From positions 3,707,967 through 3,771,966 of the forward strand of contig CBDEUD010000003.1 of the NCBI GenBank assembly GCA_965243115.1: a stretch of 64,000 nt of DNA, written 5' to 3'. Origin of the DNA: Gammaproteobacteria bacterium (GTDB lineage Bacteria; Pseudomonadota; Gammaproteobacteria; Eutrophobiales; Eutrophobiaceae). The translations under genes and the position numbers were made by a program. Shown in pieces: positions 29,479 through 40,467 of the stretch (its first letter is position 1; each line of letters starts with the position of its first letter). Below the pieces are notes generated by a model. The model was not told where the DNA came from, did not search any database, and saw only the letters and a program-made list of their open reading frames with translations.

Positions 29479-32400
29479 ATGTCAACCGATATTTTCCACC
29501 CTGTCACGTCTGCCTGGTTCCACCGCGTATTCGATCGCCCGACGCCGGTGCAGGAGGATGCCTGGCCGGCGATCAGGCAGGGTCATCACACCTTGATCGC
29601 GGCGCCGACCGGCAGCGGCAAGACCCTGGCCGCGTTTATGGCGGCCATAGACGACCTGGTACGCGAGGCGCTTGCCGGCGGGCTGGCCGACGAGACGTAC
29701 ATACTGTATATATCCCCCCTGAAAGCGCTGTCCAACGATATCCAGAAAAACCTCCAGGAACCGCTGCAGGGGATCAGGGACATGGTGGAAGCCCGGGGGT
29801 TGGAGCCGGTGAATATCCGCGCCCTGGTCCGCACCGGCGATACCTCGCAGACCGAGCGCGAACGCATGCGGCGGGTACCGCCCCACATCCTGGTCACCAC
29901 CCCCGAATCACTCTATATCCTGCTGACCAGCAGTTCCGGCAGGAAACTGCTGCAAACGGTGCGGAATGTCATTATCGACGAGATCCATGCACTGGCTCCG
30001 AACAAGCGGGGGGCGCACCTGGCCCTGTCGCTGGAACGGCTTGAGGCCATGACGCAGCGCAAACCTGTGCGCATCGGCCTGTCGGCGACACAACGGCCCA
30101 TAGCCGAGATAGCCCGGTTCCTGGTCGGGAACCGGACGGAACAATGCAACATCCTGGATCGCGGGCACGTCAGGCAGGTTGATATTGCGCTGCAACTCCC
30201 CGATTCACCACTGGAAGCCGTGATGGCGGGAGAGGTCTGGCAGGAACTCTACCGGCGCCTGGCTGGCCTGATTGAACAACACAAGACCACGCTGATCTTC
30301 GTCAATACCCGGCGCCTGGCCGAACGGGCCGCCCGCGCGCTGGCTGAACGCATCGGCGAACAGTTCGTCACGGCTCACCACGGCAGCCTGGCCAGGGAGC
30401 ATCGCCTGGATGCCGAGCAACGGCTGAAACGGGGTGAACTCAAGGCCCTGGTTGCGACCGCGTCGCTGGAACTGGGTATCGATATCGGGGACGTCGACCT
30501 GGTCTGCCAACTGGGCTCCCCGCGTTCCATCGCCGTGTTCCTGCAACGCGTCGGGCGTTCGGGGCATCGGCTGGAGGCCACCCCCAGGGGCCGCCTGTTT
30601 CCCCTCAGCCGGGACGACCTGGTTGAATGCGCGGCGTTGCTGGACGCGGTGCGGCGCGACGAACTGGACCGGCTCAGGATACCCGCCGGCCACCTGGACG
30701 TGCTGGCGCAGCAACTGATAGCCGAGACCGCCTGTGGGGAATGGCAGGAGGACGAGTTGTTCCGGCAGTTCACGCTTGCCTGGCCCTACCGTGGCCTGAC
30801 GCGCGGCAAGTTCACCGAATTGCTCGGTATGCTGGCGCAGGGGTTCTCAACCCGGCGCGGCAGGCAAAGCCGTTACATCCACCATGACACGGTCAACAAG
30901 CGCATCAGGCCCAGGAAAGGCGCCAGGCTGGTTGCCGTGACCAATGGCGGCGTGATACCGGATCAATTCGATTACGACGTGGTGATGGAACCGGAAGACC
31001 ATTTCATCGGCACATTGAACGAGGATTTTGCCTTCGAAAGTCTGCCCGGCGATATCTTCCAGTTGGGCAATACCTGTTACCGCATCCTCAAGGTCGACCA
31101 GGGCAAGGTACGCGTGGCGGATGCCCGGGGCCAGCCTCCCAATATCCCCTTCTGGTTCGGCGAAGCGCCGGGCAGGTCGGATGAACTGAGCCGCTCGGTC
31201 TCCCGTTTACGCAAAATCATGGATGAAAAACTGGCCCGGGGCACGGACGCTGCATTGCGCTGGTTGTCTGACGAGTTACGGCTTGGCGAGGCTGCGGCAA
31301 GCCAGTTGACCGATCACCTGGCCGGCGCCCGCGCCGCCCTGGGACGCATACCCACGGAACAGGACGTGGTGTTCGAGCGGTTTTTTGACGAAGCCGGGGA
31401 CCAGCACCTGGTGTTACACAGCAGTTACGGCTCGCGTATCAATCGCGCCTGGGGCCTGGCCCTGCGCAAGCGTTTCTGCCGGCAATTCAACTTTGAATTA
31501 CAGGCCGCCGCGCTGGACGACAGCATCGTCATCTCACTGGGCGCGGTCCACAGTTTCCCCCTGGAGGACGTGACCCGGTACGTGAAATCCGCAAGCGTCA
31601 GGGACGCCGTCACCCAGGCGTTGCTGGCGACTCCCATGTTTCCCACGCACTGGCGCTGGAACGCCACCACCGCCCTGGCCGTCAGGCGCAACAACAAGGG
31701 GCAGAAAGTGCCTGCGCAGTTCCAGCGCAGCGACGCGGAAGACCTGATGGCAGTGATTTTTCCCGACCAGCTGGCCTGCCAGGATAACCTGGGGGGAGAC
31801 CGGGAAATACCGCAACACCCCCTGGTTGAACAGACCGTCAACGATTGCCTGCATGACCTGATGGACATCGACGGACTGGAAAACATACTGCAGGAATTCG
31901 AACAAGGACGGGTGCGCTTCCATTGCCGCGACCTGGGCGGCCCTTCACCCCTGGCGCAGGAAATCCTGAATGCGCGACCCTACGCCTTCCTGGATGACGC
32001 GCCCGCAGAAGAACGCCGCACCAACGCGGTGATAGCCAGGCGTTTCAGGGACCCTGCCGACGCCTCAGACCTGGCCCGGTTGAGTCCGGATGCCATATCC
32101 CGGGTCCGTAGTGAAGCCTGGCCGGCCGTCAGCAGCGCAGACGAACTGCACGATGCGCTGATGCTCACGGGCGTCATGACCGAGCGGGAAGGCAATGGCG
32201 CTAATCCGGCCGGCACGGACGGGAGTGCCTGGCTTTCCCGGCTTATGGAGGATCAACGCGCAACCTTGCTGAAAACGGAAAAACAGACCTTGTGGGTCTG
32301 CGCCGAACGCCTGTTCCAGGCCGAAGCGGTGTATGCCGGCGGGGATGAGGAAGCTACCCGGGGGACGGACTTAAGTCCGTCCCCGACTGCGGCAGACGAA

Positions 32401-33882
32401 ACCGCGGCCGGAATAAACCGGGCAAGGGACGCGGCCCTGGTCGAACTGGTGCGCGCCCGGCTGGAATGCAGCGGACCCGTGACCGAAGCGCAACTCGCTG
32501 AACTGTTTGAAACAGGCCGGAATGAGATCAGCGCCGCGCTGCTGGCACTGCAGAATGAAGGCTACGCCATGCAGGGGCATTTCAGCCCCGAGGCGGTGGA
32601 AACGGAGTGGTGTGAACGGGGTTTACTGGCCCGGATGCACCGCTACACCATCCGCTCGTTAAGAGAGGAGATTCAGCCGGTTTCGGTCGCAAACTACATG
32701 CGCTTCCTGTTCACCTGGCACGGTATGGGCGCAGTCCGCCCCGAAGGGGACAATGCACTCCTGGCCGCGCTGGAAAAGCTGGAAGGTTGCGCGATCCCTG
32801 CAGCGGCATGGGAACAGGATATCCTGCCGGTCCGGGTGAACGACTACTCGAGCGCGGCGCTGGACCGTTTGTGCGGCAATGGGCACATCGTCTGGACCCG
32901 TTTGCTTACCGACAGGTATAAACCGAACCGGGATGAGGTATCCGCCAACAAGACGATACTGTTGAGAAACACGCCCGTGACGCTGGTAGCCCGGGAAAAC
33001 CTGGGGGTATGGCAGAAACTGCAACCCGCGCAAGCGGCACAGGATCGCAAACTGTCCGCGGCAGCAGAAAATACACTGGATGTCCTGCGCCGCCAGGGGG
33101 CGTCATTTTTTATAGACCTGGTCCAGAAAACCGGCCTGTTGCGTACGCAGGTCGAAACCGCGCTGGCGGAACTGGCCGCCTGCGGTCTGGTTACCTCCGA
33201 CAGTTACGCAGGGCTGCGGGCGCTGATTACGCCGGCAAGCCGGCGCCCTGCCTATGCCCAGGGCAAGCGCCGGCGCAGGAGGGCTTCCATCATGAACAGC
33301 GTCGATGCCGCAGGCCGCTGGTCGGCCATTCTTGCTCCGACGGGGACCCCTGAGCCGGCGCCTGCAAACGCCTGGCCGGGCACCGACGAAAATACCCTCA
33401 CCGCGGTTGTACACACCTTGCTGAAACGTTACGGAGTCCTGTTTCGCAAGGTGCTGGAGCGGGAGCCTGACCTGCCCCCCTGGCGGGAATTGCTGTACGT
33501 GTGCCGGCGCCTTGAGGCGCAGGGCGAGATACGCGGCGGTTACTTTGTCGAGGGGTGTTCGGGGGAGCAGTTCGCGCGCCCGGAGGCGGTGGCATTGTTG
33601 AGAAAACAAAAAAATGACACCTGGGAACATCCTGCCGTCGTCATCTCCGCGACCGACCCGCTGAACCTGGTTGGCACCGTATTGCCCGGCGAACGCATCC
33701 CCGCAATACATACCAACAGGATCCTGTTCAGGAACGGTGTGCCGGTCGCCAAACAACTGAACGGCGTAACCACCTGCCTTACCGATGTTGAACCCGGCGC
33801 CCGCTGGGAAATCGACAACCTGCTGACCCGCCGGCGCAATCCTGCCGGGTTCGTCAACAAACCCCCGGCCCGCATGTCCTGA
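29479..33882 (+). CDS. lhr: Lhr-family ATP-dependent SF2 helicase, long form
   Basis: APTGSGKTLAAF, YISPLKAL.NDI, DEIH, LSAT, SLELGIDIG, QRVGRSGH plus the long C-terminal extension. Start set at MSTDIFHP (29479) because the longer ORF overlaps the GFA gene. Confidence 0.9.
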   Translation: MSTDIFHPVTSAWFHRVFDRPTPVQEDAWPAIRQGHHTLIAAPTGSGKTLAAFMAAIDDLVREALAGGLADETYILYISPLKALSNDIQKNLQEPLQGIRDMVEARGLEPVNIRALVRTGDTSQTERERMRRVPPHILVTTPESLYILLTSSSGRKLLQTVRNVIIDEIHALAPNKRGAHLALSLERLEAMTQRKPVRIGLSATQRPIAEIARFLVGNRTEQCNILDRGHVRQVDIALQLPDSPLEAVMAGEVWQELYRRLAGLIEQHKTTLIFVNTRRLAERAARALAERIGEQFVTAHHGSLAREHRLDAEQRLKRGELKALVATASLELGIDIGDVDLVCQLGSPRSIAVFLQRVGRSGHRLEATPRGRLFPLSRDDLVECAALLDAVRRDELDRLRIPAGHLDVLAQQLIAETACGEWQEDELFRQFTLAWPYRGLTRGKFTELLGMLAQGFSTRRGRQSRYIHHDTVNKRIRPRKGARLVAVTNGGVIPDQFDYDVVMEPEDHFIGTLNEDFAFESLPGDIFQLGNTCYRILKVDQGKVRVADARGQPPNIPFWFGEAPGRSDELSRSVSRLRKIMDEKLARGTDAALRWLSDELRLGEAAASQLTDHLAGARAALGRIPTEQDVVFERFFDEAGDQHLVLHSSYGSRINRAWGLALRKRFCRQFNFELQAAALDDSIVISLGAVHSFPLEDVTRYVKSASVRDAVTQALLATPMFPTHWRWNATTALAVRRNNKGQKVPAQFQRSDAEDLMAVIFPDQLACQDNLGGDREIPQHPLVEQTVNDCLHDLMDIDGLENILQEFEQGRVRFHCRDLGGPSPLAQEILNARPYAFLDDAPAEERRTNAVIARRFRDPADASDLARLSPDAISRVRSEAWPAVSSADELHDALMLTGVMTEREGNGANPAGTDGSAWLSRLMEDQRATLLKTEKQTLWVCAERLFQAEAVYAGGDEEATRGTDLSPSPTAADETAAGINRARDAALVELVRARLECSGPVTEAQLAELFETGRNEISAALLALQNEGYAMQGHFSPEAVETEWCERGLLARMHRYTIRSLREEIQPVSVANYMRFLFTWHGMGAVRPEGDNALLAALEKLEGCAIPAAAWEQDILPVRVNDYSSAALDRLCGNGHIVWTRLLTDRYKPNRDEVSANKTILLRNTPVTLVARENLGVWQKLQPAQAAQDRKLSAAAENTLDVLRRQGASFFIDLVQKTGLLRTQVETALAELAACGLVTSDSYAGLRALITPASRRPAYAQGKRRRRRASIMNSVDAAGRWSAILAPTGTPEPAPANAWPGTDENTLTAVVHTLLKRYGVLFRKVLEREPDLPPWRELLYVCRRLEAQGEIRGGYFVEGCSGEQFARPEAVALLRKQKNDTWEHPAVVISATDPLNLVGTVLPGERIPAIHTNRILFRNGVPVAKQLNGVTTCLTDVEPGARWEIDNLLTRRRNPAGFVNKPPARMS
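32361..32384. repeat. 24-bp perfect palindrome GGGGACGGACTTAAGTCCGTCCCC lying in frame within lhr
   Basis: Identical to the intergenic copy at 43078-43101; translated as GTDLSPSP in a low-complexity linker. Confidence 0.9.
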
Positions 33883-33891
33883 ACTACAAGT

Positions 33892-34365
33892 CTAGCGTTT
33901 TACTCTCATCACGCTGCCGACCTGTTCGGGCAGGGGCAGTTCGGCGTGGCTCTGCTCGATCTCGGACAACCGCTGCATGATCGGGTCCGGCATCTGCGTC
34001 ACCCGCCTCTCGTTCATGTCCACGTACAGGCATAACAATTCGTTGGTTGCGGCAAGATAGCGCTGTTCCGCGTGGTACATGCGGTGGAAATAGTGGAAGC
34101 GTTTTGCATCGTAACCGAGCAACTGGGTGGTTACGAACACTTCGTCACCCTGTTTCACCTCACGCAAATAGTTGACATGCATTTCCGCGGTGAAGGCGGA
34201 GACGTTAGCGGCAGCCCGGTATTCGGCGGTCAACCCCATGAAATCAAAAAAATCATCGGTGGCGCGGTCAAACACCAGCACGTAATAGGCCACGTTCATG
34301 TGGCCGTTGTAATCAATCCAATCGGGGAGAATGACCTGCCTGTCCGATAGAAACGGAACTACCAT
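33892..34365 (-). CDS. Hotdog-fold acyl-CoA thioesterase (4HBT-like; resembles betainyl-CoA thioesterases)
   Basis: DWIDYNGHMNVAYY motif; 'E.HVNYLREV'. Confidence 0.85.
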   Translation of the reverse strand: MVVPFLSDRQVILPDWIDYNGHMNVAYYVLVFDRATDDFFDFMGLTAEYRAAANVSAFTAEMHVNYLREVKQGDEVFVTTQLLGYDAKRFHYFHRMYHAEQRYLAATNELLCLYVDMNERRVTQMPDPIMQRLSEIEQSHAELPLPEQVGSVMRVKR

Positions 34366-34373
34366 CGGCACAA

Positions 34374-35204
<831 letters not shown>

Positions 35205-35226
35205 CTAACTATCTCAGTGGTGCAGA

Positions 35227-35327
35227 AGGTTTGGATGAGCTTTTTGGGACTATCAGCCGCATGGACAGCGGCTGGTAAGCGTACATGGATGTATTTACAG
35301 CGTGTCCCAAAAAGCTCATCCAAACCT
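35227..35327. repeat. ~100-bp MITE/REP-like element: 24-bp perfect terminal arms enclosing two small hairpins
   Basis: AGGTTTGGATGAGCTTTTTGGGAC (35227-35250) and its reverse complement (35304-35327); inner TATCAGCCGC/GCGGCTGGTA and TACATGGATGTA. Confidence 0.85.
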
Positions 35328-35353
35328 GACTCCAGAGTCAAGTGTAATATGTT

Positions 35354-36484
35354 TTACTGGCCGGCATTATCAAAGAATTTTTTTACGCTGTCGAACCAGT
35401 TGCTGGCCTTCGGACGGTACCGCTGGTCATCTTCCAGCATGGATTCTTCGAATTGCTCCAGTAAATCTTTCTGTTTGCCGCTCAGGTTAACGGGGGTCTC
35501 AACCGCTACCCGGCATAACAGGTCACCCCTGGCCGATGACCTGACCGATCGCACGCCTTTGCCGCGCAGCCGGAACAATTTACCGCTCTGGGTTTCCGGC
35601 GGTATCCTGAGTTTGACTTTACCGTCCAGCGTCGGGATCTCGATCTCCCGCCCCAGGGTGGCTGCGGCGAAACTGACCGGAATCTCGCAGAACAGATCCG
35701 GGCCTTCACGGGTAAATATATCGTGCTCCCTGACGATGACATGCACGTACAGATCGCCTGCGGGTGCGCCGAATTCTCCGGCTTCGCCTTCCCCGGACAG
35801 GCGTATCCGGTCGCCGGTATCGACACCGGCCGGGACTTTTACCGAGATGGTCTTGCTGTCCCGGACCCGGCCCTGCCCGCGGCAGGTACGGCACGGATCA
35901 TTGATGGTTTTTCCCTGGCCGCGGCATTTCGGACAGGTCTGCTGTACCGAGAAAAACCCCTGTTGCATGCGGATCTGGCCGCTGCCGTTACAGGTGGCGC
36001 ACTGAACCGGACTGGAACCCTGTTTGGCGCCGCTGCCGGAACAGGTGTCGCAGGTGACCAGCCTCGGCACCCTGATCTTGATGGTCGTGCCGGCTATGGC
36101 TTCCTCAAGATTCATCTCCAGGTCGTAACGCAGGTTCGACCCTGCGTGCGCGCGTTGCCCGCCGCGCCCCTGCGCGCCGAATATATCGCCGAAGACACTA
36201 TCGAAAATATCGCCGAAGCCGCTGAAGCCCTGGGCGTCCGGCCCGCCGGCGGACGTACTGACACCGGCATGGCCGAATTGATCATAAGCCGCCCGCTTCT
36301 GCTGGTCGCTCAGAATGTCATGGGCTTCCTTTGCTTCCTTGAACTTTTCCTCCGCCTCTGCGCTATCCGGATTGCGGTCCGGATGGTACTTCATTGCCAG
36401 GCGGCGGAATGCTTTTTTTATATCGGCATCGGACGCATTTTTTGATACGCCAAGAACGTCATAATAATCTCGTTTCGCAGCCAT
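35354..36484 (-). CDS. dnaJ: Chaperone DnaJ
   Basis: J-domain HPD, G/F region, four CxxCxGxG repeats. Confidence 0.98.
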   Translation of the reverse strand: MAAKRDYYDVLGVSKNASDADIKKAFRRLAMKYHPDRNPDSAEAEEKFKEAKEAHDILSDQQKRAAYDQFGHAGVSTSAGGPDAQGFSGFGDIFDSVFGDIFGAQGRGGQRAHAGSNLRYDLEMNLEEAIAGTTIKIRVPRLVTCDTCSGSGAKQGSSPVQCATCNGSGQIRMQQGFFSVQQTCPKCRGQGKTINDPCRTCRGQGRVRDSKTISVKVPAGVDTGDRIRLSGEGEAGEFGAPAGDLYVHVIVREHDIFTREGPDLFCEIPVSFAAATLGREIEIPTLDGKVKLRIPPETQSGKLFRLRGKGVRSVRSSARGDLLCRVAVETPVNLSGKQKDLLEQFEESMLEDDQRYRPKASNWFDSVKKFFDNAGQ

Positions 36485-38416
36485 TTACTTCTTGTTGTCA
36501 TCCACTTCCTCGAATTCAGCGTCGACGACATTTTCGTTGCCGGCGCCGTTATCCCCGCCTGCAGGCCCGTCTTCTGCGCCGGCGCCTTCAGCTGCAGCCT
36601 GTTGCTGGTATACCTTTTCCGCCAGTTTACCGGCAACTTCTGCCAGTTTGCGGGATTTTTCATCCATGACGTCCTTGTCGCTCCCTTTCAGGGCTTCTTC
36701 AACGTCGGCAATGGCAGTCTCGACATCATTCTTTTCCTGTTCGTCGACCTTGTCGCCCAGTTCCTCGATGGACTTCTTCGTCGAGTACACCAGGTTCTCC
36801 GCCATGTTGCGGGCTTCAACCAGTTCTTTTGCCTGCCGGTCCTCCTCGGCATGCGCCTCGGCGTCCCTGACCATGTTTTCGATCTCCTCATCCGACAGGC
36901 CGCTGGACGCCTTGATGACGATGGACTGTTCCTTGCCGGTTGCCTTGTCTTTTGCCGACACGTTCAAAATGCCGTTGGCGTCTATATCGAACGCCACTTC
37001 AATCTGTGGTATGCCCCGGGGCGCGGGCGGAATGTCCGTCAGGTCGAAACGGCCCAGGGATTTATTGCCTGCCACCATTTCGCGCTCACCCTGCAGGACA
37101 TGCACGGTCACCGCAGTCTGGTTATCGTCCGCGGTGGAAAATACCTGTTGCGCCTTGGTCGGGATGGTCGTGTTCTTGTCAATGAGCTTGGTCATGACAC
37201 CGCCCAGGGTCTCAATACCCAGCGATAAAGGCGTCACGTCAAGCAACAGCACGTCCTTAACGTCACCGCCGAGCACGCCCGCCTGGATCGCCGCGCCTAC
37301 CGCAACGGCCTCATCCGGGTTGACGTCCTTGCGCGGTTCCTGGCCGAAGAACTCCTTGACCTTGTCCTGGACCTTGGGCATACGGGTCTGCCCGCCCACC
37401 AGGATAACGTCGGTGATATCAGAGGCGGAGTACCCGGCGTCCTCCAGGGCCACACGGCACGGTTCAATAGTGCGTTCAACCAGGTCTTCCACGAGCGACT
37501 CGAGCCGGGAGCGGCTCAGCTTGATATTGAGGTGCTTGGGGCCGCCGGCGTCCGCGGTGATATAAGGCAGGTTAATGTCGGTCTGTTGACTGGACGACAG
37601 CTCTATCTTCGCCTTTTCCGCTGCCTCTTTCAGGCGTTGCAACGCCAGCGGGTCGTTGTGGAGATCGATGCCCTGGTCCTTCTTGAACTCGTCGCAGAGA
37701 AAATCGATGATGCGCAGGTCAAAATCCTCTCCGCCAAGGAAGGTATCGCCATTGGTGGACAACACCTCGAACTGGTGTTCACCGTCCACCTCGGCGATTT
37801 CAATTATGGAAACGTCGAAGGTGCCGCCGCCGAGGTCATAGACCGCCAGCCTGGAATCGCCCTGTTTCTTGTCCATGCCGTAGGCCAAGGCGGCAGCGGT
37901 GGGTTCGTTGATTATGCGCCGCACCTCGAGCCCCGCGATCTTGCCCGCGTCCTTGGTTGCCTGGCGCTGCGAATCATTGAAATAAGCCGGCACGGTAATC
38001 ACTGCTTCCGTCACCGTTTCTCCCAGGTAGTCCTCGGCCGTCTGTTTCATCTTCATCAGGACGCGTGCGGAGATTTCCGGCGGCGCCATTTTCTTGCCTT
38101 TAATCTCCACCCAGGCATCGCCGTTGTCCGCTTTCACGATTTTATACGGGACCATATCGATGTCCTTCTGCACCACGTCATCCTCATAACGCCGGCCAAT
38201 CAGACGTTTGACGGCAAATAAGGTATTGTCCGGGTTGGTAACCGCCTGGCGCTTGGCCGACTGGCCCACCAGGACTTCGTCGTCGTCGGAAAACGCGACG
38301 ATGGACGGCGTGGTTCGGCCGCCTTCGCTGTTTTCAATGACCCTGGCCTGGCCGCCTTCCAGTACCGCGACACAGGAATTTGTCGTACCCAGGTCTATGC
38401 CGATAATCTTGCTCAT
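36485..38416 (-). CDS. dnaK: Chaperone DnaK
   Basis: [29 protein letters not shown]-terminal VVDAEFEEV. Confidence 0.99.
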   Translation of the reverse strand: MSKIIGIDLGTTNSCVAVLEGGQARVIENSEGGRTTPSIVAFSDDDEVLVGQSAKRQAVTNPDNTLFAVKRLIGRRYEDDVVQKDIDMVPYKIVKADNGDAWVEIKGKKMAPPEISARVLMKMKQTAEDYLGETVTEAVITVPAYFNDSQRQATKDAGKIAGLEVRRIINEPTAAALAYGMDKKQGDSRLAVYDLGGGTFDVSIIEIAEVDGEHQFEVLSTNGDTFLGGEDFDLRIIDFLCDEFKKDQGIDLHNDPLALQRLKEAAEKAKIELSSSQQTDINLPYITADAGGPKHLNIKLSRSRLESLVEDLVERTIEPCRVALEDAGYSASDITDVILVGGQTRMPKVQDKVKEFFGQEPRKDVNPDEAVAVGAAIQAGVLGGDVKDVLLLDVTPLSLGIETLGGVMTKLIDKNTTIPTKAQQVFSTADDNQTAVTVHVLQGEREMVAGNKSLGRFDLTDIPPAPRGIPQIEVAFDIDANGILNVSAKDKATGKEQSIVIKASSGLSDEEIENMVRDAEAHAEEDRQAKELVEARNMAENLVYSTKKSIEELGDKVDEQEKNDVETAIADVEEALKGSDKDVMDEKSRKLAEVAGKLAEKVYQQQAAAEGAGAEDGPAGGDNGAGNENVVDAEFEEVDDNKK

Positions 38417-38509
38417 CTTTCAAGCCTCTTTAAAAAATTTCCAGACCGTTTTATTTCTTTTTGACCCTTGCGTTCAATACAGCCGGGGCCGCGTCAAGGG
38501 CACACGGGT

Positions 38510-38538
38510 ATATGTGGGCCATTCCCCTAAAATTCAAG
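38510..38538 (-). promoter_or_regulatory. sigma32 (RpoH) promoter of dnaK
   Basis: Minus strand CTTGAA-15 nt-CCACATAT matches the CTTGAA..CCCCATnT consensus. Confidence 0.7.
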
Positions 38539-38550
38539 GAATATTTCCGG

Positions 38551-39150
38551 TTATTTTGCCACCACGACCATGGCAGGCCTGACCAGGCGTCCGTTCAATT
38601 CGTAACCTTTCTGTATCACGGTTACGACCTGGCCCGGTTCACTGCCTTCCAGTTCCTGCATGGATACCGCCTCGTGCCATTCGGGATCGAACTTCTCACC
38701 GGCCGGATCAATGGTCTTTACCCCGAACTTGCCCATACAGTCAAACAGCATCTTCAGGGTCAGGTCCATCCCCTCGCGTAAACTCTCGATATCCTGCGCA
38801 GACTGTGATGCGTTTATGCCCAGTTCCATACTGTCCACTACCGGCAACAATTCATTGACGAATCTTTCCAGGGCATATTTATGTGCGTTTTCAATGTCGC
38901 GGGACGTACGTTTACGGATATTGTCCAACTCGGCCGTTGCGCGTACCACTTTGTCACTGCTTTCCTGAATCTCCATTTTCAACCTCTCGTTTTCCTGCAA
39001 CAACCCGGTAATCTCGTCAGGAACCTGTGCCTGCGCTTCATGCGCCTGTTCCTGGCCGTTTGCCTCGACTTCGACCTCTTCGCCTTCCGCTTCCGCGACG
39101 GCAGTAGCGTCTGCCTGCCCGTTACCTGTTTGTTTTTTTTCTTCAACCAT
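38551..39150 (-). CDS. grpE: Nucleotide exchange factor GrpE
   Basis: AELDNIRKR, FDPEWHEA, QKGYELNGRLVRPAMVVVA motifs. Confidence 0.97.
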   Translation of the reverse strand: MVEEKKQTGNGQADATAVAEAEGEEVEVEANGQEQAHEAQAQVPDEITGLLQENERLKMEIQESSDKVVRATAELDNIRKRTSRDIENAHKYALERFVNELLPVVDSMELGINASQSAQDIESLREGMDLTLKMLFDCMGKFGVKTIDPAGEKFDPEWHEAVSMQELEGSEPGQVVTVIQKGYELNGRLVRPAMVVVAK

Positions 39151-39282
39151 AATGATCAACCTGTCACTGTGCCCGTCACGAGGATGTTTTCAGGAATATT
39201 CCTCACGCACGGGATGCCTTTTACACCTGAAACACCGGTAAAGACGCGTGAATCCCGCAGCGCGCCTTCTGTCAGATGGAAG

Positions 39283-39308
39283 ATATGGACTAATCCGCAG
39301 AATTCAAG
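39283..39308 (-). promoter_or_regulatory. sigma32 promoter of grpE, overlapping the hrcA stop codon
   Basis: Minus strand CTTGAA-ttctgcggatta-GTCCATAT. Confidence 0.55.
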
Positions 39309-40348
39309 ACCGAACCCAGTATCCGGGCGGTCACATCAACGATCGGGATGACCCGTTCATAGTCCATACGGGTAGGGCCTATCACGCCCAATACGCCAAG
39401 GACCTGGCCCTCTCCTTCGTAGGGAGACGTGACGACGCTGCAATTATCCAGCACCTCATAGCCCGATTCCTCGCCTATGAATATCTGTACACCCTTGGCG
39501 CTGATCGCGTTTTCCAGCAAATGCAGGATGTCGCGCTTCCGGTTGAAGCTCTCAAACAGCCGTTTCAATTTGTCCAGGTCGCTGAGTTCGGCCACACCCA
39601 TCAGGTTGGTATGACCGGAAATTACCACGTTGTCCTCCGCAGCGGGGACGACAAAAGCCTTCTGCGCCATCTCGATGGCCGCCTGCATCAGTTCATTTAC
39701 ATCTTCCTTTAATTTTCTCAGTTCACCGAGCAATTCGGCCCTGATCGTATCCAGGTTATTGCCGCGAAAGGTGGAATTCAGGTAGTTTGCAGTGCGCTGC
39801 AACTGTGACTGCGTATAGGTTTTTGCCGTGTGTATGATCCTGTTCTGGATCTCCTTGTCGCTCAATACCAGTATGACCAGGATGCGGTTCTCGGAAAGGG
39901 CGATGAACTCGATGTGTTCGAGGGAACTCTGCCGCTTCCGGGGCAGCATAACGACCGCTGCCAGGTTGGTGATATCGGACAGCAGACTCGATGCGCGTAC
40001 TACCAGGTGCTGCATATCCGCTTCCGCGGCCATTTCCCGCGCCATGCGTTCCATCTGGGTTTCTTCCAGTTGTTCAACGCAGAGCAGGCTGTCGACGAAC
40101 AACCGGTAACCTCGGGCTGTCGGAATACGCCCGGCAGACGTATGGGGAGAACGCAATAACCCCATGTCCTCCAGGTCGGCCATCACATTGCGGATGGTGG
40201 CCGGGCTCAATGCCAGGTCGGTATCGCGCGCCAGGGTACGGGAACCGACCGGATGCCCATCCTGGATAAAATGTTCCACCAGGGACTTGAACAGCAACAA
40301 ACTGCGTTCGTTCAATTCAAAAATCGGCTGTGTACGATTTTTTGGCAT
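39290..40348 (-). CDS. hrcA: Heat-inducible transcription repressor HrcA
   Basis: PVGSRTL..LSPATIRNVMADLE..PHTSAGRIPT and GVIGPTRMDY; start at MPKNR (40348). Confidence 0.95.
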   Translation of the reverse strand: MPKNRTQPIFELNERSLLLFKSLVEHFIQDGHPVGSRTLARDTDLALSPATIRNVMADLEDMGLLRSPHTSAGRIPTARGYRLFVDSLLCVEQLEETQMERMAREMAAEADMQHLVVRASSLLSDITNLAAVVMLPRKRQSSLEHIEFIALSENRILVILVLSDKEIQNRIIHTAKTYTQSQLQRTANYLNSTFRGNNLDTIRAELLGELRKLKEDVNELMQAAIEMAQKAFVVPAAEDNVVISGHTNLMGVAELSDLDKLKRLFESFNRKRDILHLLENAISAKGVQIFIGEESGYEVLDNCSVVTSPYEGEGQVLGVLGVIGPTRMDYERVIPIVDVTARILGSVLNSAD

Positions 40349-40467
40349 TGTTAAGTCAAATGTGGCAAAGTTTCCAGGTAAAACGTTATCACTTGTGTCG
40401 TGCCGGTGCAAAATCATATCGGCTGGCCCGGCAGGACATGATGTTGCCCGTCCAGCTAATATAAACT

